NCBI GenBank assembly: GCA_903875555.1
Contig: CAIQWN010000037.1
Location: 1 to 39,836 of the forward strand
DNA from: an uncultured bacterium
Lineage (GTDB): Bacteria > Patescibacteriota > Minisyncoccia > Phycocordibacterales > UBA5272
Length of the DNA: 39,836 nt
Reading direction: 5' to 3'
Made by a program: the position numbers and the translations under genes. This document shows positions 1 to 8,010 of the stretch, one piece after another. Each line of letters begins with the position of its first letter. Position 1 is the first letter of the stretch. The notes under the pieces were generated by a model. That model had not been told where the DNA came from. It did no database searches and saw only the letters and a list, made by a program, of their open reading frames with translations.

Positions 1-989
1 AAGTCTGCTGAATCCTTGGAAGATATCGCAAGATCAACTCCTGCGTATGTGCCACGATATGCCTTGTGTTTTGTTCCAGGTAATTCTTCGTAATACTGAA
101 ACCATTCAGGATAAATAACCTGATCATCACTTGGAATTATTCGGAGAAGATATTCCCGTTGCCACGATATTTCACTCGCAACATTCATTTTTTCATCTTC
201 AATATCTTTTACTGTGGGGTACTTTCCAAGCCATAGACATACATCATCTTGACCAAGTAACGGATACTGACTAAAAGTTCCTTTGGATCTCTTATTTTCA
301 ATATCTTCTTTAATTCTCATAAGTAGTGAATCCTCGTGCAAAAGGTTTCCGACAACAATGAGGCGAGTTTTACGATCTCCAGCAGGAACAACTTCACCAT
401 AAAGCCACTGATATGTTTTATCTCGACCCTCACGAGTTTTGGTTGATTGTACATCTTCTACGTCGTCACAGATAATAAGGTCTGGACGGTGTTCGTTATG
501 TCGTGATCCTCGGATACTTTGCTCTGCTGATGCTACAGTGATTCTGGCACCGCTTTTATTGAAGACAAGTGAATATGAACCCCATTCGTCACTTTCTTCT
601 TTAAATGGTCCTAGATCTCTTTTAAGGAGATCATTACCCTCAAGTTCTCCTCGAATATTCATCATGTGCTGTTTAGCTTGCACTCTGGTCTGACAGAAAA
701 TCATACAAAATTTCTTTTGCTGTTTTCCAAGAATAGCCCAAATAGGATAGGCGGTCGTTACCATGGTTGATTTACCTGATCCACGAAATGCGACAATATA
801 GAGATTATCAACAGCACTTTTTTCAAGGTTGTGAATAATCTCTTTTTGAAAGTCTGCCGTTTCGTATTTTACATAGTGGGCATAGTAGAAGTGAAAGAAG
901 TAGAGAAAACTATCCCTAGTGATTGATGTACGCACCAATCTATCTTTCATCATTTTATTTACTAAACTCTTTTCAATTATTTTGTTCAT
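1..989 (-). CDS. terL: Phage terminase large subunit (TerL): N-terminal ATPase plus the start of the nuclease domain. The start codon is at 989; the 3' end runs off the window, so the ORF is absent from the track.
   Basis: Manual translation from ATG 989-987 gives MNKIIEKSLVNK...DNLYIVAFRGSGKSTMVTTAYPIW (Walker A), RPDLIICDDVED (Walker B), RLIVVGNLLHEDSL and GVDLAIS. The frame stays open to position 1. It lies directly downstream of a TerS-like gene. Confidence 0.85.
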   Translation of the reverse strand, partial: MNKIIEKSLVNKMMKDRLVRTSITRDSFLYFFHFYYAHYVKYETADFQKEIIHNLEKSAVDNLYIVAFRGSGKSTMVTTAYPIWAILGKQQKKFCMIFCQTRVQAKQHMMNIRGELEGNDLLKRDLGPFKEESDEWGSYSLVFNKSGARITVASAEQSIRGSRHNEHRPDLIICDDVEDVQSTKTREGRDKTYQWLYGEVVPAGDRKTRLIVVGNLLHEDSLLMRIKEDIENKRSKGTFSQYPLLGQDDVCLWLGKYPTVKDIEDEKMNVASEISWQREYLLRIIPSDDQVIYPEWFQYYEELPGTKHKAYRGTYAGVDLAISSKDSAD

Positions 990-991
990 AA

Positions 992-1399
992 CTATTTACC
1001 TTTATTAATTCTTTTAATTGATTTCGACTTGGTTATATTTGCGAGTTTCAATGCTTGCTTCACAATCTTTGCCTGTGATGGTGTTAGCTCTTCGTTGTCT
1101 TCTTTGGTGATAATTTCTAACTTGTTTTTGTAGTTATCATTTCGGTGGCGAAGCCAGAAGCTGATTGCGGGATAGTTCTTTTCTTTGATAAGAGTGAGTA
1201 ATTGGCTTTCGCTCATGTCGTTCACCAATGCTACGCCGTCTTTGAGTGCTTGATCCATTTTCTTGCAGAAAGATTGATCATCTTTTCGCCAACGGTATAC
1301 ACTATTACGAGACACGCCTGTTTTTTCACAAGCCACCTGCACAATCGGAACCTTTGTCAGTTCTTCAAAAAACTGATCCTGGAGTTTATTTTTCTTCAT
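992..1399 (-). CDS. Terminase small subunit-like HTH DNA-binding protein
   Basis: 135 aa with an N-terminal HTH-like segment (VACEKTGVSRNSVYRWRK). Its stop is 2 nt from the terL start and it overlaps the upstream methyltransferase by 14 nt. The call rests on position and size; there is no catalytic motif. Confidence 0.55.
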   Translation of the reverse strand: MKKNKLQDQFFEELTKVPIVQVACEKTGVSRNSVYRWRKDDQSFCKKMDQALKDGVALVNDMSESQLLTLIKEKNYPAISFWLRHRNDNYKNKLEIITKEDNEELTPSQAKIVKQALKLANITKSKSIKRINKGK

Positions 1400-2660
1400 A
1401 GAAGTTTTTGATTATTTCTGCTTTGCGACCTGTCAACTTCTCGTAACGGCGAATTGCTAAGTCGCAGAACACAGGCTCGATTTCGAGAGAGTACACTTTG
1501 CGACCCAATTGCTCCGCACATATCATCGTACTTGCCGATCCTGAAAAGGCGTCAAAAATAATGTCGCCTGGTTTAGTGCAACGCATGATGAACTTATGAT
1601 GCAATTCTGGGTTTTTACTTGTCGGATGTTCCATCTGATTCGACGGTAGTCGTTTGGTCGCCCAAATGTTTGAAATATCTTCAAGTAATTGGTTACCCGT
1701 AGTACAATCCTTATTCTGAATTTCGTTAAGATTTTTTACGAGATCAGACAAGTACGGCGACCCCTTAGTTCCATAAACACAAAACTCCGTGCATTTTGAA
1801 AATGCCACGGTCGGGGTCGGTGAAGAATTATTTTTGATCCAGATGTTAACCCTTCGATTCTTGATACCAAGTTCCATATAGAGTGTCTGAAAAACCCACG
1901 TCCAAGCTTCATCACACCAGAACGCAACATGAATATCTTTGATAGATATTGAGAGTGACGATTGCATGACCTTGCGAATAAAATTTACATATTCGTCTGT
2001 TGATTGGTTGTCGTCGAAGGATCCACCATAATTACTTTTATTACCTACACCTTTGTCATACGAAAGCCCGATATTGAACGGTGGATCACTATATATGGCA
2101 GTGGCTTTGTGTTCACCGAATAGTTTTTGTACTGCATGTATGTCTGTTGAACTGGCACACAAAAGTTTGTGATCACCCATAATGATCAAATCGCCAGACT
2201 TGGTCTGTGGTGTTTTGATTTTTTTGAGTTCCTTGTCTACATCAAACTTATCGTCTTTGGTATCTTTTTCCTCGTCCCAAAATTTTACCAACTCTTTCTC
2301 ATCGAATCCTGCGAATTGAAGTAATTCCAAATCAAAAGACTTTAACTTGTCGAAATCCCACTCGCCATCATTGATATTACTTTCGATTCCGATCTTGCGA
2401 CGCTCTTTGTCTGTGAGCTTACGACTCGGAATCATTACGTTCACAGTACTTACTCCAAGTTCCATGAGTGCTGTTTTTCGTTGATTACCCGAGAGTATCG
2501 TATTGTCGGTATCAATTACAATTACGCTGTGAAAACCATTTTGAGTTATTTTTTCTTTTAATTTATCTAACGCTTGCTTCGAGATTTTTCTTGGGTTTTC
2601 TTTCCAAGGGAATAGGTCTTTGACCTCTCGTATTCCTGTTGTCCATGAAAGTTTTTTCAT
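1386..2660 (-). CDS. ParB-like N-terminal domain fused to an N6/N4 DNA methyltransferase (beta-class motif order)
   Basis: 424 aa. The N-terminus is ParB-nuclease-like (ILSGNQRKTAL). Motif IV is SDPPFNIG, followed by motif I, FDAFSGSASTMICAEQLGR. This fusion is typical of phage genomes. Confidence 0.85.
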   Translation of the reverse strand: MKKLSWTTGIREVKDLFPWKENPRKISKQALDKLKEKITQNGFHSVIVIDTDNTILSGNQRKTALMELGVSTVNVMIPSRKLTDKERRKIGIESNINDGEWDFDKLKSFDLELLQFAGFDEKELVKFWDEEKDTKDDKFDVDKELKKIKTPQTKSGDLIIMGDHKLLCASSTDIHAVQKLFGEHKATAIYSDPPFNIGLSYDKGVGNKSNYGGSFDDNQSTDEYVNFIRKVMQSSLSISIKDIHVAFWCDEAWTWVFQTLYMELGIKNRRVNIWIKNNSSPTPTVAFSKCTEFCVYGTKGSPYLSDLVKNLNEIQNKDCTTGNQLLEDISNIWATKRLPSNQMEHPTSKNPELHHKFIMRCTKPGDIIFDAFSGSASTMICAEQLGRKVYSLEIEPVFCDLAIRRYEKLTGRKAEIIKNFYEEK

Positions 2661-2700
2661 AGCATTTTATTATTACTCTTAATAAAATGTATGGATATAG

Positions 2701-2772
2701 AAAAAGCCTACTCCACACACGAAATAGGGAGAGGTCCGAAAAACCTCAAACTACTTCTTGCGCGGAATAGGC
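2701..2772 (-). terminator. Compound stem-loop followed by a T-run on the minus strand, downstream of ORF 2819-3238
   Basis: GCCTACTCC (2706-2714) pairs with GGAATAGGC (2764-2772) with one G-T wobble. An inner hairpin GAGGT...ACCTC is present, and AAAAA at 2701-2705 reads as a T-run on the minus strand. Confidence 0.35.
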
Positions 2773-2818
2773 ATGGCTTGTGGCGCTACACTACTCGCTT
2801 TTACGACGCGTATTTAAT

Positions 2819-3238
2819 TTAATACTCCTTGTCTTTCTTTATCTTTCTCAAGATTCGCTTTCCTTTAGTACTGTTCACAAAATCGACAGCATCTTTACCA
2901 AGGTGTATTGGTAATCCTGTTTTTGGTATTTGTATCATCACACGATAACCTTGTTTTTGGTAATCACTGATTACTTGCTTTAAAACAGGATCATTCATTG
3001 CAAACGGTACTTTGAATGCTATTGAATTTTGATCATTACTTAAGTCTTGCTTCTTCTCAAAAGAAGAAAAGATACGACCCGGCTTATTCTTTTCTATGGA
3101 GCGTCGTATTGCACCACCAACCGATTGGGTAGGTCTTGCATTAGAATGCAACTGTATATCGGTAAGCTCAAGAATGATGACTTTTTCACCTTTCTTTGGA
3201 AGCTGTGTTACTCGATTTAATTGCAGACTTTGCTCCAT
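2819..3238 (-). CDS. Hypothetical protein, divergent from the repressor gene
   Basis: 139-aa ORF with no recognisable motif. It occupies the cro/antirepressor-like position opposite the S24 repressor. Confidence 0.45.
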   Translation of the reverse strand: MEQSLQLNRVTQLPKKGEKVIILELTDIQLHSNARPTQSVGGAIRRSIEKNKPGRIFSSFEKKQDLSNDQNSIAFKVPFAMNDPVLKQVISDYQKQGYRVMIQIPKTGLPIHLGKDAVDFVNSTKGKRILRKIKKDKEY

Positions 3239-3301
3239 GAGCTAAGTATATCAAAGTTCCGTAAAAAATGTCAAATGAATGTTGTTGCAAGTCTAAAAGT
3301 A

Positions 3302-3310
3302 TGCTATAAT
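3302..3310 (+). promoter_or_regulatory. Extended -10 box TGCTATAAT, 6 nt upstream of ATG 3317 (leaderless arrangement)
   Basis: Read directly from the sequence. The TGnTAnnnT-N6-ATG geometry recurs at 12 or more other genes in the window. Confidence 0.5.
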
Positions 3311-3316
3311 GGACAT

Positions 3317-3958
3317 ATGCACAACAAACAGAAACAGCTTTTAGCTCTCTTAGACAGTGATCCAAACATTGGGTCATACAGCCTTAGAACAATAGCCGAT
3401 AAAATTGGCGTGCCTGACAAACCGCAAATAGTGAAATATCACTTACAACAGCTTGAAAAGGCTGGAATGATTCAAATGAACCTTGAGCAAGGGGTTATAA
3501 AACCTGTGAAGCGAGGTCTTGTGAAATCAACAGTTAACACCGTGTTCTCACTCCCTGTTGTTGGATCTGCAAACTGCGGTCCTGCAACTATATTTGCCGA
3601 GCAAAATATTCAGCAGTATCTAAAAGTTTCATCTTCTATGTTGCCGTACAACAAAAAGGATCTTTACTCTGTTATTGCAGATGGTTCGAGTATGAATCTC
3701 GCAAAAGTAGATGAAAAGAATACTATCAAAAATGGAGACTTCGTACTTGTAGATAGTGGGTACAAGAACTATAAGAATGGAGATATTGTAGTTGCTGTTA
3801 TAGACGGCATGGCTACTATCAAAAGGTATAAATACGAAAAAGAAAATCAGCGTATCGTGCTTGAAGCAGATTCAACTGAAAAATATTTACCGATATTTAT
3901 TCATGAGGGTGATGATTTTCAATTAAGTGGAAAAGTTGTCGGAATTATTAAAAGTTAA
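3317..3958 (+). CDS. LexA/CI-type repressor with a winged-helix N-terminus and an S24 peptidase C-terminus
   Basis: The track ORF starts at 3221, but that extension overlaps the divergent gene. In-frame ATG 3317 gives MHNKQKQLLALLD..., a LexA-like N-terminus. The S24 catalytic Ser sits in ADGSSMN and the Lys in ATIKRYKYE. Confidence 0.8.
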   Translation: MHNKQKQLLALLDSDPNIGSYSLRTIADKIGVPDKPQIVKYHLQQLEKAGMIQMNLEQGVIKPVKRGLVKSTVNTVFSLPVVGSANCGPATIFAEQNIQQYLKVSSSMLPYNKKDLYSVIADGSSMNLAKVDEKNTIKNGDFVLVDSGYKNYKNGDIVVAVIDGMATIKRYKYEKENQRIVLEADSTEKYLPIFIHEGDDFQLSGKVVGIIKS

Positions 3959-3969
3959 TTTATAAAAAT

Positions 3970-4209
3970 ATGTCTAAGAAAAACATACATACTGTTTACA
4001 GTAAAGATAGAGAAATGTGGGAGACAAAAAAGGAGGGTCAATCAAAACCACTTGCTTCTTCACACACAAAAGCCGCCGCAGAAGAAAAATCAGTAAGAGA
4101 AGCTAAAAAAAATGAGGTCGAACACATTATTCACAATAAGGATGGAAAGATTAGCGACAAAGACAGTTACGGAAAAGATCCTAATCCACCGAAAGACCTT
4201 AAACACTAA
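3970..4209 (+). CDS. DUF2188 family small protein
   Basis: 79 aa. The pattern HTVYSKDREMWETKKEG...HIIHNKDGKISDKDSYGKDPNPP matches the DUF2188 signature as I recall it. Confidence 0.7.
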   Translation: MSKKNIHTVYSKDREMWETKKEGQSKPLASSHTKAAAEEKSVREAKKNEVEHIIHNKDGKISDKDSYGKDPNPPKDLKH

Positions 4210-4214
4210 TTCAC

Positions 4215-4727
4215 ATGTCTTATAAGAATAAAACTTATGTTGCCTTTGATGGAGATAACGATATGAAATATTATCGTTTAATGACTGCATGGAAAGAGCA
4301 TGATCATATTGAATTTGATTTTTTAAATGCTCATGACATAAACAGTGCGAGAGATACTAGTACAGAAGAATCAATAAAAGCCCAATTAAGAATACGAATG
4401 GCTAATTCAAAACAAATGCTTTTACTGGTTGGAGAAAATACAAAATATTTAAGAAAATTTTTACCTTGGGAGATAGAACTTGCAAGAAAAAAAGATATAC
4501 CAATTATTATTGTAAACTTAAATAATAAAAAAGGTTACGATGACACTCTTTGTCCATCTGTTATTAAAGATTGGAAATATACTATTTCAGTACCATTTAA
4601 ATTAAAAGCAATACAATATGCACTAGATCATTTCCCTGATAATTATGATAAATGGAAGAATCATCCTGATTATCAAGACCATAGATATATTTATACAGAT
4701 GCAACTTATAACCAACTCGGCATATGA
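4215..4727 (+). CDS. thsB: TIR-like protein, ThsB-type (DUF1863 / PF08937-like)
   Basis: 170 aa. KTYVAFDGDNDMKYYRLMTAWKEHD...LNAHD...STEESIKAQLRIRMANSKQMLLLVGENTKYLRKFLPWEIELA is the characteristic ThsB TIR-like N-terminal pattern. ATGA stop/start overlap with the next gene. Confidence 0.8.
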   Translation: MSYKNKTYVAFDGDNDMKYYRLMTAWKEHDHIEFDFLNAHDINSARDTSTEESIKAQLRIRMANSKQMLLLVGENTKYLRKFLPWEIELARKKDIPIIIVNLNNKKGYDDTLCPSVIKDWKYTISVPFKLKAIQYALDHFPDNYDKWKNHPDYQDHRYIYTDATYNQLGI

Positions 4728-5569
4728 TAAACAGTATTTTTTCGAAAAGAATGGCGACTAAGTTAAGTATTAACTTTTTTGTTTCTGTCGGTGTAATTAG
4801 TGGAGTAATCCAAATTATCACATCTAGTTATCCAGACCTCATAGCTCACTACCAATGGAAAGGTTGGGTTACTATTTTATTGATTTGCTTAATTTTTGCA
4901 TTTATTAGATCATGGCCAAAAAGAAGTTTCTCTGAGTCATTCGCAAATCCTGATGTAAAAATTGGTATAAAAGTTGGAAACATCTTTGATCAAGAGGGAC
5001 ATCTTGTCATTGGTTTTAGTGATACATTTGATACAGAAATAGGTGATGTTGTAAGTAAGGATAGTATGCAGGGACAGTTTTTGGTATCTATGTATGGAAA
5101 CAATCAAAATAAACTCGATATCGATCTTGACGCACTACTCCAAAACGAAGAATCAGAAGAAGATATAGAAAAAACTCGTGGTAAAAACAAAAGATATAAA
5201 GTTGGTACAGTAGTATCCCTTTCAGGATTAAACAGAAAGTTCTTTTGTTGTGCATATAGCCGTATGGGAGCAGATCTTAAAGCAACTTCAGATATAAATA
5301 GTCTATGGGTGTCACTTCAGAATCTTTGGAACAAGATTAGAATTGAGGGAGAGCAAAAAACTATTGTAATGCCTGTCATTGGTACTAATTTAGCAAGAGT
5401 TCCTGGTATCTCATTTAAATTACCGATAGACCTTATTTTGCTTTCATTCATTATTAATTCTAGGGTAGAACCAATTTCAAAAGAACTAGTCTTGATGATA
5501 AGAGAAGAAGACAAGGATAAAATAAATTTATTAGAAATTCAAGATTTTTTAAAATCTTTACACAACTAA
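4724..5569 (+). CDS. thsA: ThsA-like effector: two N-terminal TM helices plus a macro-type (ThsA_Macro/DUF6430-like) domain
   Basis: 281 aa. Hydrophobic helices LSINFFVSVGVISGVIQIIT and WVTILLICLIFAFI are followed by IKVGNIFDQEGHLVIGFSDTFDT, which resembles the start of the type II Thoeris ThsA macro domain. It is flanked on both sides by TIR genes. Confidence 0.6.
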   Translation: MINSIFSKRMATKLSINFFVSVGVISGVIQIITSSYPDLIAHYQWKGWVTILLICLIFAFIRSWPKRSFSESFANPDVKIGIKVGNIFDQEGHLVIGFSDTFDTEIGDVVSKDSMQGQFLVSMYGNNQNKLDIDLDALLQNEESEEDIEKTRGKNKRYKVGTVVSLSGLNRKFFCCAYSRMGADLKATSDINSLWVSLQNLWNKIRIEGEQKTIVMPVIGTNLARVPGISFKLPIDLILLSFIINSRVEPISKELVLMIREEDKDKINLLEIQDFLKSLHN

Positions 5570-5572
5570 TTT

Positions 5573-6115
5573 ATGGCTTATCGAAGTGGAACATATATAG
5601 CCTTTCACGCAGACGGAGAAACTAATCCAACTGCTTCTGATATGAAATATTACAACACATTAAAAATGTGGAAAGTTAGAGATGATGATTTTAGTTTTGC
5701 AAATAGCCATGAGAAAACTAATGCTGTTAGAGATTCAAGTAAAAAAGAAACATTACGCAGGACTTTAATTGAAAGAATGAATAAATCAAAACATCTACTA
5801 TTAATTATTGGGGCAACAACAAAATATGATACTGACTGGGTACCATTTGAAATAAAATATGCAGTGGAGACCTGCGGTATCCCTATTATTGCTGTTTATA
5901 CAGGTTACAATAAGATCATGGCACCATCAGCACTTTCAGATTTATGGCCCAAGGAACTATCAAAAGCCATAGAAAGTAAAACCGTTGGGATCATACATGT
6001 ACCCTTCAAAAAAGAACCCATAGCAGACGCAATTTCTCAGTTTGATATGAATAATCACCCTAAAACAACACTGAACCACTACACTCAAGAGGCTTACAAT
6101 TCTTGGGGATTATAG
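5573..6115 (+). CDS. thsB: Second TIR-like protein, ThsB-type (DUF1863-like), a divergent paralogue
   Basis: 180 aa. GTYIAFHADGE...DMKYYNTLKMWK...RDSSKKETLRRTLIERMNKSKHLLLIIGATTKYDTDWVPFEIKYA has the same architecture as 4215-4727. It starts 3 nt after the thsA-like stop. Confidence 0.8.
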   Translation: MAYRSGTYIAFHADGETNPTASDMKYYNTLKMWKVRDDDFSFANSHEKTNAVRDSSKKETLRRTLIERMNKSKHLLLIIGATTKYDTDWVPFEIKYAVETCGIPIIAVYTGYNKIMAPSALSDLWPKELSKAIESKTVGIIHVPFKKEPIADAISQFDMNNHPKTTLNHYTQEAYNSWGL

Positions 6116-6145
6116 TGTAAAGTTACAGATGTCTGTAACTTTACA
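6116..6145 (+). terminator. Perfect 13-bp stem / 4-nt loop hairpin immediately after the second thsB stop. No T-run follows.
   Basis: TGTAAAGTTACAG-ATGT-CTGTAACTTTACA, read directly from the sequence. Confidence 0.4.
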
Positions 6146-6177
6146 TACCCTATACCGTGTCACTTTTGTCACTTTTT

Positions 6178-6330
6178 ATGAATCAAGAAGATAAGAAAAA
6201 TCCTGATAATTGGACTAAAGAAGAAACTGATAGAGTGGTGGCAGTTTTCCAATGGTTACTAGATCAAGATAGAAAGCAAAACCCTCATTTATATACAAAG
6301 AAAGCTACTCTCGAGAAGGGTCAATTATAA
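6178..6330 (+). CDS. Possible 50-aa small ORF (MNQEDKKNPDNWTKEETDRVVAVFQWLLDQDRKQNPHLYTKKATLEKGQL)
   Basis: Manual translation; it is below the track length cut-off. No motif and no clear promoter. Confidence 0.25.
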   Translation: MNQEDKKNPDNWTKEETDRVVAVFQWLLDQDRKQNPHLYTKKATLEKGQL

Positions 6331-6430
6331 GGTCAGAAAGAGTCTAAATAAGCCTTGTGGGGCAATGAACCCTTGGGTCGCATCACGAGTAGGCTCACAA
6401 ATATAGATTTTTCTGTTATACTATACCCAT

Positions 6431-6805
6431 ATGAAAAATGTATTAATTGTAGAAGATAATATTGACCTACAAAATATTTATAAAATTGCTTTTGGTGCTG
6501 CGAACATTCCTGTTGTTATAAAAAGTAACGGACTTGAAGCCATAGCAGAAATCACAGAAATAGACCCTGCTATTATTTTACTTGACCTTCTAATGCCAGA
6601 TCTTGATGGTTTTAAATTTATGGAATTGATGAAAGAAAAAACTTCATTAAATATTCCCGTAATTGTTTGTTCTAATCTTTCTGATGAAAAGAGTCGTCAA
6701 AAATGTTCTGAATATGGTTGTTACGATTATCTAATCAAAGCCGATGTAGACATCTCTGACATTGTTAAAAAAGTTCAAAAATTTTTCGCAGAACATAAAG
6801 AGTAA
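6431..6805 (+). CDS. Stand-alone response regulator receiver (CheY-like) protein
   Basis: 124 aa. VLIVEDN, the phospho-acceptor context ILLDLLMPDLDG, and the conserved Lys in DYLIKA. TGTTATACT lies 8 nt upstream of the ATG. Confidence 0.9.
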   Translation: MKNVLIVEDNIDLQNIYKIAFGAANIPVVIKSNGLEAIAEITEIDPAIILLDLLMPDLDGFKFMELMKEKTSLNIPVIVCSNLSDEKSRQKCSEYGCYDYLIKADVDISDIVKKVQKFFAEHKE

Positions 6806-6812
6806 CCAAAAA

Positions 6813-6844
6813 ACAAAAATCACCGAAAGGTGATTTTTGTTTTA
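6813..6844 (+). terminator. Rho-independent terminator of the response regulator gene
   Basis: ACAAAAATCACC-GAAA-GGTGATTTTTGT followed by TTTAAT. Confidence 0.8.
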
Positions 6845-7134
6845 ATATTTATAACCCAGAATATAAATAACTCTATACATCATTATATTCTTTTGATACG
6901 TGTGTATAAATGGATTTCACATTTATGTCGTTCGGTCGCTAAGTATCATATAAGCTTCCTCACCTAGCCTTAACCCCTGTATAATAAGGATACGAGCTAG
7001 TTATATAAATATTGTATCACATTATTTAAAACTTTTTAATCTAGATAATTCTTCATTATATACAACATTAAAGACAGAAGACTTTTATGACTTACTTAAC
7101 AACTCTTTAAATGTTCTAGTTTTATTTTGCTTTT

Positions 7135-7356
7135 TCATTTTATATGTTTTTCAAATTCACTATATAGAACATCTATATCTCTGCAAATTTTTCCAACTGT
7201 TCCTGCCATAATTTCGTTATTACTATGTTTTGGCACAACAGTTATTTTTCCTGAAGCGTTCGCAAATATTATATGGCTTCCTTTTTACCTTTCTTTAAAA
7301 TAACCAAAATACTCTAACGCTTTAATAACTTGTTTATATTTTAGAGCCTTAGACAT
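7135..7356 (-). pseudogene. hicA: hicA-type toxin gene interrupted by an in-frame TAA (plus-strand 7285-7287)
   Basis: Manual translation gives MSKALKYKQVIKALEYFGYFKER*KGSHIIFANASGKITVVPKHSNNEIMAGTVGKICRDIDV.... The KGSH and VP.H...GT motifs are HicA hallmarks. The stop sits one residue before KGSH. The start overlaps the hicB stop by 8 nt. Confidence 0.75.
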
Positions 7357-7603
7357 ATTCTAAATTATATGGAAGCACTCCAAAAAATCTATTTTCACTC
7401 TTTACGATACTTAACAATTTCTTTTCTCCATAATATTCTTTTAACAAAGACATCACTTCATTTAAATTTTTTATAGCCTGTTCCAAAGTCATTCCGTCCG
7501 CGTGAGCTCCATTTATCCCAGGGATAGACACAACAAAACCCCCAGAAATATCTCTTTCCACCAAAATATTAGTTCCTAAAGTTTTTTTATTTCCTTTAAT
7601 CAT
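7349..7603 (-). CDS. hicB: HicB-family antitoxin (UPF0150-like)
   Basis: 84 aa. GGFVVSIPGINGAHADGMTLEQAIKNLNEVMSL is a HicB N-domain pattern. It is translationally coupled to the hicA remnant. TGGTATATT-N6-ATG lies upstream. Confidence 0.7.
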   Translation of the reverse strand: MIKGNKKTLGTNILVERDISGGFVVSIPGINGAHADGMTLEQAIKNLNEVMSLLKEYYGEKKLLSIVKSENRFFGVLPYNLEYV

Positions 7604-7636
7604 ATATACAATATACCACTTATAATTTTACACGCA

Positions 7637-7674
7637 AGGTCGGTTCTTGCCTTGGACCCAGCAAGAACCGACCT
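7637..7674. repeat. GC-rich hairpin family, copy 1 (14-bp perfect stem, 10-nt loop CTTGGACCCA)
   Basis: AGGTCGGTTCTTGC-CTTGGACCCA-GCAAGAACCGACCT. Confidence 0.75.
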
Positions 7675-7729
7675 AGTATTTCGATTTTGCATCTCACTAT
7701 TGGCTATACCCTAGTGGCTAATCCCTATT

Positions 7730-7834
7730 CTATATCTTCACCTCCGCACTCTGCTCCACAAGTTTCGTCGGAATCGCCACTGTAAAAGTAGATCCCTTTC
7801 CCCACTCTGACACTACAGAAATTTTTCCTTTGTT
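7730..7834 (-). pseudogene. Orphan histidine-kinase 3' end, copy a (last 34 codons plus stop)
   Basis: The reverse-strand translation NKGKISVVSEWGKGSTFTVAIPTKLVEQSAEVKI* aligns with the C-terminus of the HK at 10980-12632 (HKGKISVVSEWGKGSTFTVAVPTKL...). Confidence 0.8.
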
Positions 7835-7961
7835 CGTCGCATCTCAATGGACAGTACGTTCCCGATTTCTTAGATTGTAATCAATCTGTTGAAATTGCAA
7901 TGCTGTAAGTGCGACGCGAATTAGAAAATTCGTGGCTCGGCCATAAACTTTTGCAAAATCA
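7835..7961. repeat. Module M, copy 3: hairpin CGTCGCA...TGCGACG with a TCAATGGACA loop motif expanded by about 55 nt, plus the partial palindrome TTTTGCAAAATCA
   Basis: Alignment by eye to 9152-9196, which has the same orientation and the same abutment to an HK fragment. Confidence 0.55.
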
Positions 7962-7995
7962 ACCACTTCTTTACATATAAACTTTTTTACATCAA

Positions 7996-8004
7996 TGTTA
8001 TAAT
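7996..8004 (+). promoter_or_regulatory. Extended -10 TGTTATAAT, 6 nt upstream of ATG 8011
   Basis: Read directly from the sequence. Confidence 0.5.
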
Positions 8005-8010
8005 TTAAAT

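Noticed and set aside
439-693. Track ORF (84 aa, plus strand) inside the first kilobase
   Set aside because: It is antisense to a continuous terminase reading frame with Walker A and B motifs, and its Ser/Leu/Cys-rich composition is low-complexity. It is a shadow ORF. The same applies to 1202-1411, 1736-1930, 4090-4290, 4597-4821, 5317-5514, 8024-8209, 11392-11574, 12657-12863, 13533-13742, 14409-14630, 17396-17623, 18676-18999, 19168-19494, 19623-19859, 19949-20284, 21378-21623, 21935-22168, 22598-22864, 24324-24593, 25527-25790, 26409-26648, 27392-27598, 27814-28053, 31611-31799, 36085-36306 and 38025-38207. Each is nested in, or antisense to, a longer motif-bearing CDS.
3221-3316. N-terminal 32-codon extension of the LexA-like ORF as given in the track
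   Set aside because: The extension overlaps the start of the divergent gene 2819-3238 and contains the TGCTATAAT box. The internal ATG at 3317 gives a canonical LexA-type N-terminus exactly 6 nt below that box.
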